40,670 bases of DNA from Bugula neritina (GCA_964035545.1 CAXIUT010000185.1:1-40670), one strand, 5' to 3'. Shown: positions 1-15,400, numbered from the stretch's first letter. Numbers and translations are program-made. The notes: generated by a model from the sequence alone, not told the origin.

Positions 1-81
1 CCCAACCCCAACCCCAACCCCAACCCCAACCCCAACCCCAACCCCAACCCCAACCCCAACCCCAACCCCAACCCCAACCCC
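1..81 (+). repeat. Terminal telomere (CCCCAA)n, left end of a macronuclear chromosome
   Basis: Perfect C4A2 repeats from base 1 to 81, the Tetrahymena-type telomere unit. Confidence 0.97.
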
Positions 82-223
82 TTTGGTCATACTATTTATT
101 ATTTTAAATATTGCTGGACAAAAATATTCTATTTAATAGTCTATAAAGACTCAAAGTTCACTTCATTTTAAATAATATTTAAATAAATTTGAGTATTGAT
201 TTAAAAAAATATTAACCTCTAAT

Positions 224-2380
224 ATGGATATAATTATTAATATAGCTTTAGCTATGAATTTCCCAGAACCAATTCGGTATTTAGCTTCAGATCTCAAGAC
301 TTCTTCCTTACAATTGAAAGAAATTCTCCCAAATCGCCGAAAATAAATAATTTCTTTAGCTTAAAAACATCCTTCAATCATTGTCGACTATGGTTCCTAA
401 AAAATTCTGGCAGGATATTAAAATAGTGACTAACCATAACTTATTTTTCGACCTCAAATTTCTAAGAATCGAGACTTAAATAGATCGGATTTATCAATAA
501 AAAACTCTATAAATACTTCTTATGATCAGCTTGATCTTATTAAAAATAATTATAAAAGCCCTTATTAAAGAAATATTGTTCTTCATTTTTCTCTTCTTTA
601 GCAATGTAATGATTATATCTTTGGAGAGCTTAGTAAACAAAATAAAAAAATTAGAAATAACTTAATCATTTCTGAGCCTTTTGCGAACCCCCTTCACTGT
701 AGGACAGCTATCCTACAACAACTTTTCGAATGTTATTAAATCAACTCTGTCATGATTGGAGTTGATGCTTTATTCTCTTATTTTTATGAACTTGACTGCA
801 GTATAGTAAAATATGAATCAGAAACAACTTTGCTAGTTGAGATTGGGGCTTCGACGATTCATATTATTCCAATAATCAAAGGACAAATCAACTTTAAATA
901 AATAAAACGCATTAATATAGGAGGAAATACAGCGTTTGAGATGTTTTCAAAATCTATTTTATTAAAAAATCCTCACCTTCGTGAAAAAATATCATATAGC
1001 TTTATGAAAAATATTTATTAAAGTTTTACTTCTGTAGCTATCGATTATAAACTTCAATTAAAATATTTTGAGTCAAAATTTAAAAAGTCTTTAGATCCTT
1101 TTATTTATAGAAACAGAATATCCGAAAAGAATAGTCACTAGGAAGAAAATCTTACTTTTGTTTAAGGAATTTAAATAGATTTTGATGAAAATAATAATAT
1201 CAACTAATAGGATATAAAAAAAAGAAAAGAAGAAGTTAGAAAAAGAATGAGCTAAAAATTAAAAGACTCTTTAAATAAAAGAAAATAAATTAAAACTAAA
1301 ATGCAATAAGCAGAATTAAAAAATTATCAATAGCTTAAAGAACGCTTTTAATCTTAAGATAAATTTGCACATGAAGAAGTTGTCTAAATATTTGGAGAGA
1401 ATAAACATTTATAAAAACTTAACAAAAAAATCAGATCATTATAAATTAAGCTAGGATACATTAAATAACAACCTTGTGAAGAAACAAAATTTAATTTGAT
1501 ATCGATCCCTGATCATGAATTGCCTCCTGAAAAAATAAAATACAAAAAATTACAGATTTATCAAAAGCAAGCTATCTAACTAAGAAAGCAAAAGCAACTA
1601 TAAAAAGAATAAGAAGAAGCAAAGATGAAAGAACTTCGAGAAAGCAATCCTGAAATTTATCTTCGTCAACTAAAATAAACTTATAAAAACCTCAGCATTA
1701 AGATAAAAGATAACTAAAGAATTAAAAGCTAGCTAAACAACAGAAAAAGTAAACTTAAACAGAGAAAAATGCAAGCAATGGCTAGAATAGCGGAGAAAGA
1801 TTTCGATTAATAGATCTAGCAAGGTGAAGATGATTGGCTTGTTTTCAAAGATCTCTAAGAAAGTGATCACTACTCTGAACTTTAAGCAATGGAGGCTGAA
1901 CTTAGATAAATTGACCCTGAGTGGACACAAGCTAAAGATCAACATCATCTAAAGGAAACTAATCAGCTTTTCCTTTTAACTGATCTAGTTAAATGTCACG
2001 AAGTTTACTTTGAACCTTCATTAGTCGGAGCAAATCAAATCAATATTCCAAAAACTATTGTAAAAATTCTTGAAAGTTTTACATCTTCTGAGACTGAAGA
2101 ATTACTGAAAAACATTTTGCTAATTGGAGGTGGTTCAAAAATATCAGGTTTAAAAGAAAGGCTAGAACGAGATTTGATACGTTAGTGTCCGTTTTAATCC
2201 AAGATTTCGATTTCAGTTGGAAAAGAAGGAGTAAAAGGAGCTTTTCTTGGAATGCAATATATTTGTCGGTATGAAAAATAACTCTTAGAGAGATTTAGTT
2301 ATAAAAGGGAAGATTATCTTGCAAATTAAAAAACAATGTTTGTTTAAAATCCATGGTCAAATCCTCAACCAAGATATTGA
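224..2380 (+). CDS. ARP5: Actin-related protein 5 (INO80 complex subunit), intronless, ~718 aa (TAA/TAG=Glu)
   Basis: Open frame ATG224-TGA2380. Actin-fold motifs IIVDYGSEKILAGY, LIISEPFANPLHCR..LFECY..VMIGVDALFS and NILLIGGGS. Long charged insert with RKSKLKQRKM..EDDWLVFKD, typical of Arp5. ATG254 is an alternative start. Confidence 0.85.
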
Positions 2381-2476
2381 TTCTCAGTCAAATATATAAA
2401 TTCTTTGAAAACCATTTAGATATTTTAGTTATGCTTTTCCAATTTAATTATTAAACATTAAATATAAAAAATTGAT

Positions 2477-4674
2477 ATGTCTGAATAAGAGAGAAATAAT
2501 CAAAGTCGAGATAAAGATCCTTTTAATAATCTTTTTAATGTGCTTTTTCCTTATCCAGCTGCATCCCCAAGATGCCCTTAACTTTTTTTATTCTCTTCAT
2601 GAACATTTCTCAACCTTTATTGATGGCTTCAAGCAAAGAATAGAAACAGAAATTGATTATTCCAAAGCACTTATTAGAGTAAGCAAACAACTCAATAGGC
2701 ATATTGAACCAAACAAACCCTCTCCAATATCTTATATTTCTTCAGCTTTTAAAGTATAACATGAACAACGAGCAAGGCATGCCCTTGAATTAGCATAATA
2801 CCTGCATAGCTAAGTTGAAGTTCCTTGTCAAAAAGTTCTTTTAGAGACTGATTTACTTGTTAAAAAATTATAAAAATAGATGCGTCGTCTTTATAAAGAA
2901 GGAGAGACAGTCTAATAATCCTATCAAAAACATCTAAAAAAATTTTTTAGAGTAAAACAAGACTGTGAAGAAAGATTAATGAATCAAATTTTGTTAGGTT
3001 TTGTTCCAGGAGTATCACAAAGTCAGATATAAAAGACAAGGGTAAAAGTAAATGAAGATAAATAAGACATGCTTTTGTATTAAAATAAGTATCTCAACTC
3101 TTTATCCACTTTCAATACTTTTGCCTTCAAATACAATGAGTAAATATCTCTTTTAAATAGATCTATTAGCTCGCCTTTAACTCAGATTCAAGATTATTCG
3201 CTTTAATTCCTCAGCCTTGAAATCGATAGTATGCGCAAGTTAGTTGTTTCAGAAGTTAGTATGTTCAAAAATATCTAATATGACATTTTGAATATCAGCA
3301 GACAGATGGAGACTCTCAGTCCATAAAATCAATTGAGTATATTTGGTTTAAACTTTGGATAGGTCTATCAAAATCCTATCATTTCCATTTATGCAGATGG
3401 TCCCATCACTAACTGCTAAAATATTGATTTTAAACAACCCATTTCGAATGGATTTCTCCTATAAACTCTCAATAGTATATTTAAAGGATATTTTACCTGT
3501 ATTCTCAATAATAAATACAACTCTACCCTTCGTCACTGCCTTCAGGAGGCTTGGAAACAGTTTGAAGGGACCTAAGCTAAATAATTTATGTCTGATTTAG
3601 AAGATTGTATCATTCAGAATAAGGTTGTGGAAAAGATTCCAATGAATAAAAAAAGATAGTAAACAATTTTTAGATAAGATTTTGTTTTAGAGAATAGTGA
3701 TGAATAAGCAAAACTTAACAAAGAAGAAGTATTTGAAATATCTTTTTCAATAATTTGCACTTTAGGAAGTTTTATTAGAAATGTTCCTTTAAGTTTGCAG
3801 AAGCAACGATAGACAATTTAAATTCTGAGAAAATCAATTGTATCTCATCATTTTTATCGATTTATTTCCATTATTGCTTTGGAATAACTTTTGAATTCTC
3901 ATTAAAATCATCTATCCAATCAAACATAATCATAAAGAATGATTTCAATTCTTCATTTACTCCTTTAGGAAGTAATTATTATATTATTCAGGCATCAAAC
4001 TCAAAAGATATTATTATTCTTAGAATTATTCTTTCCTTAATGTTCTCTACTCGAAATGATATCCCTCTTTGGGCAAACTCTCAACTATCATCATTTGATT
4101 TCTGGCACTCTGAAGATTTTTGGAATGCTATCATTTTTTAAGGGACATTTTAATAAATTACTTTACTTCCTTCTAGTAGTAGATCTTAATTGAAATAAAT
4201 TTATCTGATGCAACAAAAGAATGCTGTTTTTAGCACTTTGACAACTCATTGTCATTATATGGTTATGATTGGTAAGCATAAGTCTATATAGGTTGTTAAA
4301 TATCTATTGTAGAATCCATTACATCTAGATTTATTCATTTTTATGGTCTTTATAACGAACACCAAAAGGATCTAGTTAAAGTTATACACTCAGCTAAAGA
4401 AAAGTATTAAAAGTATTTTGAATCTCTTGAAGAATGGAAAAAAAGTAGATTATCAAATAAATCCTTAAATATTTAAAAAAACCCATTGATAGAATAAAAT
4501 TAAAAAGATGATAAATCTATAAAATAAACTTTAAAAAATGATTCTGTATTAGATAGGACAATATAAACATAAGATTTAAAGTTTAAACAAATTGATAGAT
4601 AAGTCTAAAAGAATAAAAATCCTCAAAAATTATCATAAATATAACACTTATCAAAGGATAAAAAATCATCTTGA
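2477..4674 (+). CDS. F-BAR(FCH)-domain protein with SBF1/SBF2-like C-terminal region, several short introns
   Basis: 19-nt GT-AG intron 2540-2558 joins ATG2477 to FIDGFKQRIETEIDYSKALIRVSKQL (FCH-like). C-terminal FWHSEDFWNAIIF...AVFSTLTTHCHYMVMIG resembles the SBF2 domain. TGA at 4672-4674. Internal introns not all mapped. Confidence 0.65.
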
Positions 4675-4687
4675 TTGATAAATTTAT

Positions 4688-5121
<434 letters not shown>

Positions 5122-5139
5122 TACTTATATTCTATTCTA

Positions 5140-6774
5140 ATGCATCTTCACACTCAGATATTATCATCAACAACACCAGAGCTTTTAAGATTTATTAATA
5201 GTTCCTTCGATCACTCTTTTTCTATCCTTCCCACCTTAACATCATCACCTTTAACTGTAATCAAAAATATTTTTGGATCATTTATCTAGAAACCACCTCG
5301 AAATAAGACTCAATTAATAGTAGCATTTAATGTTGCTTTGAACTTATAAATATTTTAAAGAGAGCTAAATAATTTAAAGGAGGAGTGGGCACTCGAAATG
5401 GTATAGTATAATCCCAACAATAACCATGTTAACTAAGTATTTAAATTAAGTAGGAATATAAAAATCAATGAATTTCAGGGAATCATAATTAAACCAAGCT
5501 GTAATTACTCTTTAGAGTTTATAGTCTAAAGAAAAACTCTTGCAAGAATGTACTTTTTAGCAGCAATAGCCACTAATAGGGAATGGCAAATTACTCAATC
5601 ACTTCATTCGATATCTAAAATAGTTCATCTTATTAGATTTTATTTATCACTTGATAAACATCCAAAAGATCAATAATCCTTTCAAGATCAATTAGGTCTT
5701 AGACTCACTGATTTTCTTTATAAATTCAAAGTAGCAAACATAAGTATCCTTATTTCTTCATCATCTCCTCTTCATCCTAACTCAATTCATAACTCAGAGG
5801 TAGATTGTACTTCATCAAATAACCTAGCTTTCAACAATATTTCATCTCTTAGTGAAAGAGTTTTACAACAAGTTGGCTTACTTAGCTTACCTGAACCTTG
5901 GCTGGATAGAGAAGAATATCGATCTATTAAGTAAGCTATTTATCAGATCAAAAAGAAATAGTACTATCTTTTTAAAGATATCAGAACAACAGAAAAATAA
6001 ATTGCATAAAAAATAATCAATGCTCAAATAATATGTGGATTACCACAAAAATCTTTTGTTAAAACTTCTACTTAAGAGATAAAGGAAATCAAATAATTTG
6101 ATATTTTGAAGAAGAAAAAGAAATTATAATAGATGTAGTAAAGTATGAGTCAAGAAGAAACTAAAAAATATAAGTTAGATATAAATAGAAGTAAACTTAA
6201 AGATAAAAAGCATGAAATAAAAAATAAACATATTTCATAGCTATTACAGCTCAAACAATCAATCTTATTTTTAAAAGGAGTACCAGAAATATCACAAAAA
6301 AAATAATTAAATAATTAAAAAAATAATTTTCATAAACAAATAATCACCACTATCTTTAGTAGAATTAAAAAAAATAATTATAAAACATAAAAAAACTATT
6401 CAAAAGAAATAAATAAAAATACAATCACAAATATTCACAAAAGTAATCATTCTAAAATGTTAAAAAATAATAATTAGTCAAGGTCTAAAGTTGAAAGACA
6501 AAGTAATAAGCAGAACAAGTAAAGACAAAGTAATAAGTAGAACAAGTAAAGACAAAGTAATAAGCAGAACAAGTAAAGACAAAGTAATAAGATAAACAAG
6601 TAAAGCTAACAATAATATAAGATAAGTTTAGCAGATAAGTGTAAAATAAGAGCTTAATATGAAAAGTCAACATTTGAGATAGATAGCGAGGCAGATAAAT
6701 ATATTACCACTCAAATTAATCGCCTTAAAAAAGCTATCAAAATATTAAAGTCCTCAAAGTTAACTATGACTTGA
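5140..6774 (+). CDS. Hypothetical protein, ~544 aa, low-complexity K/N/E-rich C-terminus
   Basis: ATG5140 and TGA6772-6774 are in frame under table 30, with no TGA in the stretches read; no recognised domain. Confidence 0.7.
6494..6603 (+). repeat. 27-bp coding tandem repeat, ~4 copies (RQSNK[Q/E]NKE)
   Basis: aaagacaaagtaataag(c/t)agaacaagt repeated in frame. Confidence 0.9.
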
Positions 6775-6831
6775 TTAGTGATAAATATGTTATTATTATT
6801 ACTATTTTAGAAAAGACATCAAAATATCTAT

Positions 6832-8070
6832 TCAATTGTCTTTATTTTTTATTTTGGACTATTTTTTTACCTTTTTATTTCCATTTGAACTTTACTCTTA
6901 GCTGCCTAGTTAATTTTAGTCTTCTTCTGAATCACTTTAATCGCCATTACCAGATGAATCAACTGCTTCAAAATCTTAATCTTAACTTTAATCTTAATCA
7001 TCAATATCTGGTATAATTTTGGAGGGTTCTGTTTGTTCCATAATGACTTTGATTTGTCTAGCTCTAAAATACTACACAAGACTATCGAGTTAGGTTCGTT
7101 AAATTCCCAAAAATTAGACTTCTTTCTTTTCCTATCTTATACTTGCCTTCAAATCAAATTGTTTATTTGTTGCATTTATACGGTGAAATTCAACTGTTGC
7201 GACATCATCAACTCTAAAGTAAAGAACTGGTTTAGGAATAAAAATCAAACTCTGCTTCAGCATATATAACCAACCAGATTGAGCTTTTATATTAGCCTTT
7301 ACACATGGTTGGCCTTGCTTCGATTTAAAGTGACTCCCTGGTTGAATTAAATTCAAGTTTGCCATCGAGTGAAATATATCCACTAAAACTTGAAACTGAG
7401 GACCTGAGTACTATGATTGTAAAGTTGATAGGTTAGGAGCCTTTGCTATCAGTTAAGGATTAACTTTAGTCTTTATTTCAACAGTAGTTTCTTTTTTTAT
7501 TTGAAGGACAATATAGCGATAGATGGTTTGACCTTGATAAATGGGTTTATCTTTATTTAGTTGCAAAACAATAGAGACTTGAGACTCATTGGTCATAGGT
7601 AAAATAAAACCTTTAGTAATATTCTTGTACTAAATATTGTAGTTAAAGGTCATTCCATGAAACCTAATGCTCTTTTGATAAAAATCCAAAGTATATTTAC
7701 CCCTTGGAACAGCTAAATTCACATCAATAAGAGTTGCTATCGACTATCCAGCAAACTATCCTATTTTTGCTTTTTAAACTAGAAACTTGTATATTTTTTA
7801 TGCTTTGACTTCTCTCTATCCTTCCACTTCCATTTGTCCCTCTTCTGATTCTTTAGGTTCTTAAACATGGAACCTAATTTCACACATGCAGTCATCTTGT
7901 CCCAAATCTTCGTTATTGGTCTAAATAGTGATATCTTGTTTGTTGATGATAGTGTTGTTAATTGATTTGTAGTTAATTTTGAGAAGAGGATGGTTCTGTT
8001 GACTAAGCAAGAAGGTAGGAGATTCTGGATCAAGTTCAAGTTCTCCATAGTTAAGTCCTTTCAAAGACAT
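6832..8070 (-). CDS. SSRP1: FACT complex subunit SSRP1/Pob3, ~412 aa from ATG8070
   Basis: SLKGLNYG (cf. KGWNWG), CEIRFHV, VPRGKY, DKPIYQGQTIYRYIVLQ, CVKANIKAQSGWLY..IFIPKP and acidic tail DDEDESEDEDF; TGA at 6834-6832. Start uncertain. Confidence 0.9.
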
Positions 8071-8105
8071 GGCGCCCAATTTTATTATTTATAAATCACA
8101 TCCAA

Positions 8106-10160
8106 TCAACTCAGCATTAAAGAGATATTAATTTATTTCAACCCTTAAAACAACAACTCTAAAATTGTTTTATAAAACAATGTAAGTTATGATTAATCAT
8201 CATATTTATCTATGTTTTTCATACAAATATTCAAAAATCCATTTTTCATTTAATCATTTTCTTTTTATAGGGGGTTGGGGTTGGGGTTGGGGTTGGGGTT
8301 GGGGTTGGGGTTGGGGTTGGGGTTGGGGTTGGGGTTGGGGTTGGGGTTGGGGTTGGGGTTGGGGTTGGGTTCCCACTAGTTATTATCTCTTTTTCTAAGT
8401 ATTATCTAGCATGGTGAAATTTCTTGAGGTTATTCTCCATTGAGTAAAAGAAACTAACATAAAAGCTTTTTCTTTAGTTGTTTTTTTATTTCCTAACCTT
8501 TTTAATAGTTTATACTTTTTTTTTATAATATTTTTCCAATTTTTAAAAAATCTATTGAGTTTTAGTTGATTTAACGTCGTTAAAATACATTTGAAAAACA
8601 TTGATTCTTGAAAGATTAATCTAAAAGTTTTTTTTTTTAAGTTATAAGTGATATCTTGAATCGAAGAGTGAAGTAGCATAATATGTTATTTTTTAATAGG
8701 TTTAGCAGATAATATTTTTCTGAAAATAATTCCTTTGAATACTTGTTATAAAATATTAAAACAAGAACTCATAATGAACTTATTCTGAGACTGAGGGGAT
8801 ACATTAAAAGTTGTTTTGTTTTATTCAAAAAAAGGTTTTTATATTTAAACTTCCGATTTTATATTTTATTATCTATCAAACTAACTATTCTAAAGTACAT
8901 TCTCATTATTAAAATTTAATTGATTATTTGATGAAAATTTCTTTATCACATCTGGTTATTAGAATTATTTCTTGACTGAAAGAGGCTATTTGAGCAGTAT
9001 TCGAAGAAATGAACTTAATCGATGAGAAATAAATTTATAAGTTAAAGAGATCCACTACTAGTCAAGACTAAAATAACAATTATTCTTGGAGTCTAAACCC
9101 TCTAGTTAAACATTTATCTATCTGTCGATTAGTAAGTTTGAATAGATTTAAATGGAGTTAAAGATTTCGATACCTTTCTTGATATACTTTTATTCTATTT
9201 TATCAATTCTTACTCTTCTTTCCATCTTTATTGAACTAAATCGAAATAAAATAAGTGATTTAAACTTGAAAAATCACCCTCCTCAATCTTTTTGTTTTAT
9301 TTTTATTCCACTTCTACCTCTTCAAGTAACTTTTTACGTATCTACTACTATTAACACATCCTGTTTAAATAAAAATAGCTTAAATCACGACAATTTATAA
9401 CTATTTAATTCTAAACCCAATAGCTACTCCCCTTATTTAGAGATGGTTCGATTTAGTATGAAGATAAAATTTATATTTACTAGTTAAATCTTTTTATCCT
9501 AAAATTTTTTTATTTATTATTCTTTTAATTCATTTATGAGATAAAGTAGCTAATACTGTCAAAAAGGAGTTTGTTTTTATCTATTATATCTTCAGGTATT
9601 TCAAATAATGACTCCATTATTTATTGAATCCTTTCAAAGATTAATTGTTTTGATCTTATCGATTAAATGTTTTTTGATAATCTAACTATTACTTAGATAA
9701 AATCGTTAAGTAAATATCCTTTTAATTGATATTCAATGCTTTGTCTTTTAAAATATTAGTTTATGGTATAATCGATCTTATTTATTACTTTTCTTATTTG
9801 CTTAAAAATAAGAATCAAATCAAACAGAAAGTTCAATCTCAAAGTTAGAGGATTTTAGTTTATATTTAGTTTTTATAAATTAGAAGCTGCTTAAGCCAAA
9901 GGAATCAATCCTTTTGTTGATATAATCTTATTAAAAGAAAGGTCCACATCCTTTAAACAAAGCATAACTTGTTGACTGGTATTCATGTGAGTTTGTAATG
10001 AATAAAAATCAGAGATTAGGTTATCTGATAGATTTAATATTTTAATATTTTGAAGAATATGAAGCTTAATGGTCGGAAACTATGTCAGTTAACATCCTTT
10101 TTTATTGTAGATATCCGACTGTTTGTTGTTATCGACTTATCTTCTTTTCGAGAATTTCAT
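8106..10160 (-). CDS. Leucine-rich-repeat protein, interrupted near its 3' end by an internal telomere tract
   Basis: ATG10160; KGCELTEFP..LQNIKILNLSDNLI..LKDVDLSFNKI..NLEKLNINENP are LRR motifs. The frame runs into the telomere at ~8371, and a plausible continuation runs from 8270 to TGA 8108-8106. Introns and 3' end uncertain. Confidence 0.6.
8271..8369 (+). repeat. Internal telomeric tract (GGGGTT)16 GGG
   Basis: Perfect G4T2 repeats, in right-end orientation. Confidence 0.97.
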
Positions 10161-10209
10161 CTTGAATCAATTTGAATTTATAATATTCATAGTTTGAAGA
10201 ATAAGCACA

Positions 10210-11936
10210 TCAACCAACATGTCCTAAGTTTCTCAAATATTAATCCTTTAGCTGCTTCAAACTCTTTTCCAAGATAGTTGGACCTACTTCTTCATAACTT
10301 CTGCTGGCTAAAGAATTTGTCTTAAACAAACTTTACTATCCAGTCTTTCTTTTCATTCCTTTCTATATTTCCCATTTTTTCCTTTCCATTTAAATTAACT
10401 TTAATTTTCCTTCAAGCTCTTTCTCTCTTAAAACCATTTCACTTGACTTTGCCTCCCATTCTGAAGATCTCGAGTTCAGCTATACTTACTTAGTTATAAT
10501 TTTAGTTTTTTAAAGTTGAAGATCTTCCATAAATTTAGTCCTTGATTATTCCCAGTATTTATTTTTTTGAAAAGATGCTTCTTTTTCTTGATAAAATCTC
10601 ATTTTTTCTTGTTAAAACTCTATTTTATTGAACCTCAAAGTAGATTGTTAATCATTAATCATCTTTTTTTTTTGTTAAATACTTTATTCAAGAATTAACT
10701 ATTTTTTAATATACTTTTATTATAACTATTTTTATTTTTTAATTATTCTTGCTTATATTTATTCATTTTTTTTTCTATCTCTTTCAATATCACTCAATAT
10801 TCTATTCTTATCTTCCTTAAACTATCTTTCTTTTACTTCAAGCCTATTCATCATTTCTTTTATATCTTTTTATTTTAACTCTGATAATTCATAAAAAGAT
10901 TTCTTTTTAGATCTTTAAAACTCAGTTTCCTAAGTTATTTTGTTTGATTTATTTTTTAAGTCTTCTTCTGCTTTTTCAAATGCCTTTATTCCTTCTGATA
11001 GCTTTAATGTTGCACTTTAAAGTTTATGAGCATCAGATACATTTTCATAAATGAATTTTATCTTTTGTTAATAGTTTTCTTTTATATTTTTTATTTATAA
11101 ATCTTTTAATTAGATTTTCTTTTTTATTTCTTCTTCATAGAGCTTTTTTAGTCTTTAATTTTATAACTTATGAGCATTTTGTTACTATTTAAGAATTCTA
11201 TCACTTAACTACCTTTGTGCTTTGAGTTGTTCTTCCATCATCCTCTGCAATGATGTTTCTACTTGATTTACTAATCCTTTCATTTATGATGTTTTAACCT
11301 CTCTACTGAGTTCTTTATTAGAAGCTAATTAGACTCTGGTTGAGGTGTTCTCTATTTCAGGTACTTTTTGATAGAAAGATGGCTGTAGCAAATTTATCGA
11401 AGTATTGTCTTATTTTCCACCCAATTTAAAATCTACTTTTGATGCAACAGAACGATTTTCTTCCATTTTACGACTGACTACTGACTTTCCATCATCGTTT
11501 TTTTTTGAAAGAGGAGGTTTCATTCCTCTTCTTCCAATTATTGGCTCATCATCATCTAAAATATTGTTTATATTGAGTTAATCTTGATTTATCTGTTTAG
11601 ATTGCTTCCATGGCTGCCGTTTAGTATCAACAATTTATTTTTTAGGAGAATTTCTATTTTAGGTTTGTTGTTATTTTAAAAAATCTTCAAAAGTAGTCGC
11701 CTATTTCTTAGCATCCTTATGCAATTGTAGCATATTGGTTCGTCCAGGAGTTGGACTAGGATTGAAGTTACTTAAAGAACTTTAAATCGATTTAGCTGAA
11801 CTATTTTTCAGAAGGGTTTTATTATTTGAAGTTCTTGGGACTTTATTAAAGGTTGGAATATATCCTCCCTCTCCTGCAGCTTCTCCCAAAGCATCGTCAA
11901 GCTCTATGTTATCCGTAATATACATGAAAAGTCCAT
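10210..11936 (-). CDS. Coiled-coil protein (~570 aa), low-complexity N-terminus
   Basis: ATG11936 plus a 20-nt intron (11904-11923) gives MDFSELDDALGEAAGEGGYIPTF; E/K-rich heptad region; TGA 10212-10210. Confidence 0.7.
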
Positions 11937-12159
11937 TCTTTAGATAAGTGTATATAACGATCATAACAAAATCAATGTTCTGGTCTTTAATAAGATTGAA
12001 AAAGATATTTAAATTATTAATTAAGAATCTAGAGGCAATAAACTTTTGAAAATTATTAAATAGCATAAGAAAATCGATAATAATATATTGTGACTGAGTA
12101 ATATATAAATGAGAGACGAGAGTATATATTTGAATTTATTTTAAATTTAATCAATTTGA

Positions 12160-14572
<2,413 letters not shown>

Positions 14573-14672
14573 TTATATCATCATAAATAGTTCTTATTAA
14601 ATAACATATTAAATAAAGATCATATTTTTGAGTTTAAAAATATTGACTCAATTGGATCTATAAAATAAAAAA

Positions 14673-15400
14673 TCATTTATGTTATGTTTTTGACCGAGAA
14701 CAAAGTTTATCTTTGATTCTCTCTTCTATCATTTCAGCAGCTAATAATCTGTTTAAAGAATTGTTGAGTTATCGTTGCTCACTCTTCTTATTTCTTTCTT
14801 TTTTCATTAATCTTTTGAAAAGTAAAGCCTGAGTATCAACTGTTCTTTCATAGAATTTGGACTGTTAATTAGCATTTTCTTCTTTGCTTTATTATAAAAC
14901 TTGGTTTTTATCTTTTTGTCTGAACTTAATTGAAGTTTTTGGTCTTGTTGGAATACTTTAATTTTCATGAGGAATATTAAAAGTTAAAGGCAAATTATTC
15001 TGAGCTCTTCTAAGTAAGATTTGATTTTTTTGGATAGTATCTGTGAATTTAGTGAGCTATCCATAAGGTTTAGTAAATTTTTTAAATGTTCTATAGAAGT
15101 GGTGGTAGTTATTTTATTTAGGTTTTTCTCGTTAATAAGATGGAACTCGATATTTATTGGTGCTGTGAAAGATGCTATATTTAAGAGATGAAGTACTGGT
15201 TGTTTGAAAATTTAGTTTAAGTTTTCAAGTCAATATATGAATCTTGCATTGACTGCTTGACTTCTTTAGATTAATATCTAAGAAATAATAAAATAATACC
15301 TATAGATAGCTCCATTTTGAGAGCAAGTAGGAGCTTATTGAAACTCATTGAATGTAAAGCTGGCTTGGTTACTATTATTAGAACACTTTCTTCTTGACAT
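14673..15400 (-). CDS. Hypothetical protein (~227 aa), two 22-nt introns
   Basis: Removing GT-AG introns at 15278-15299 and ~15175-15196 gives a continuous frame from ATG15400 to TGA14675-14673. Confidence 0.6.

Noticed and set aside
8189-8398. ORF with GWGWGW repeats
   Set aside because: It is a translation of the telomere tract and lies antisense to the real genes.
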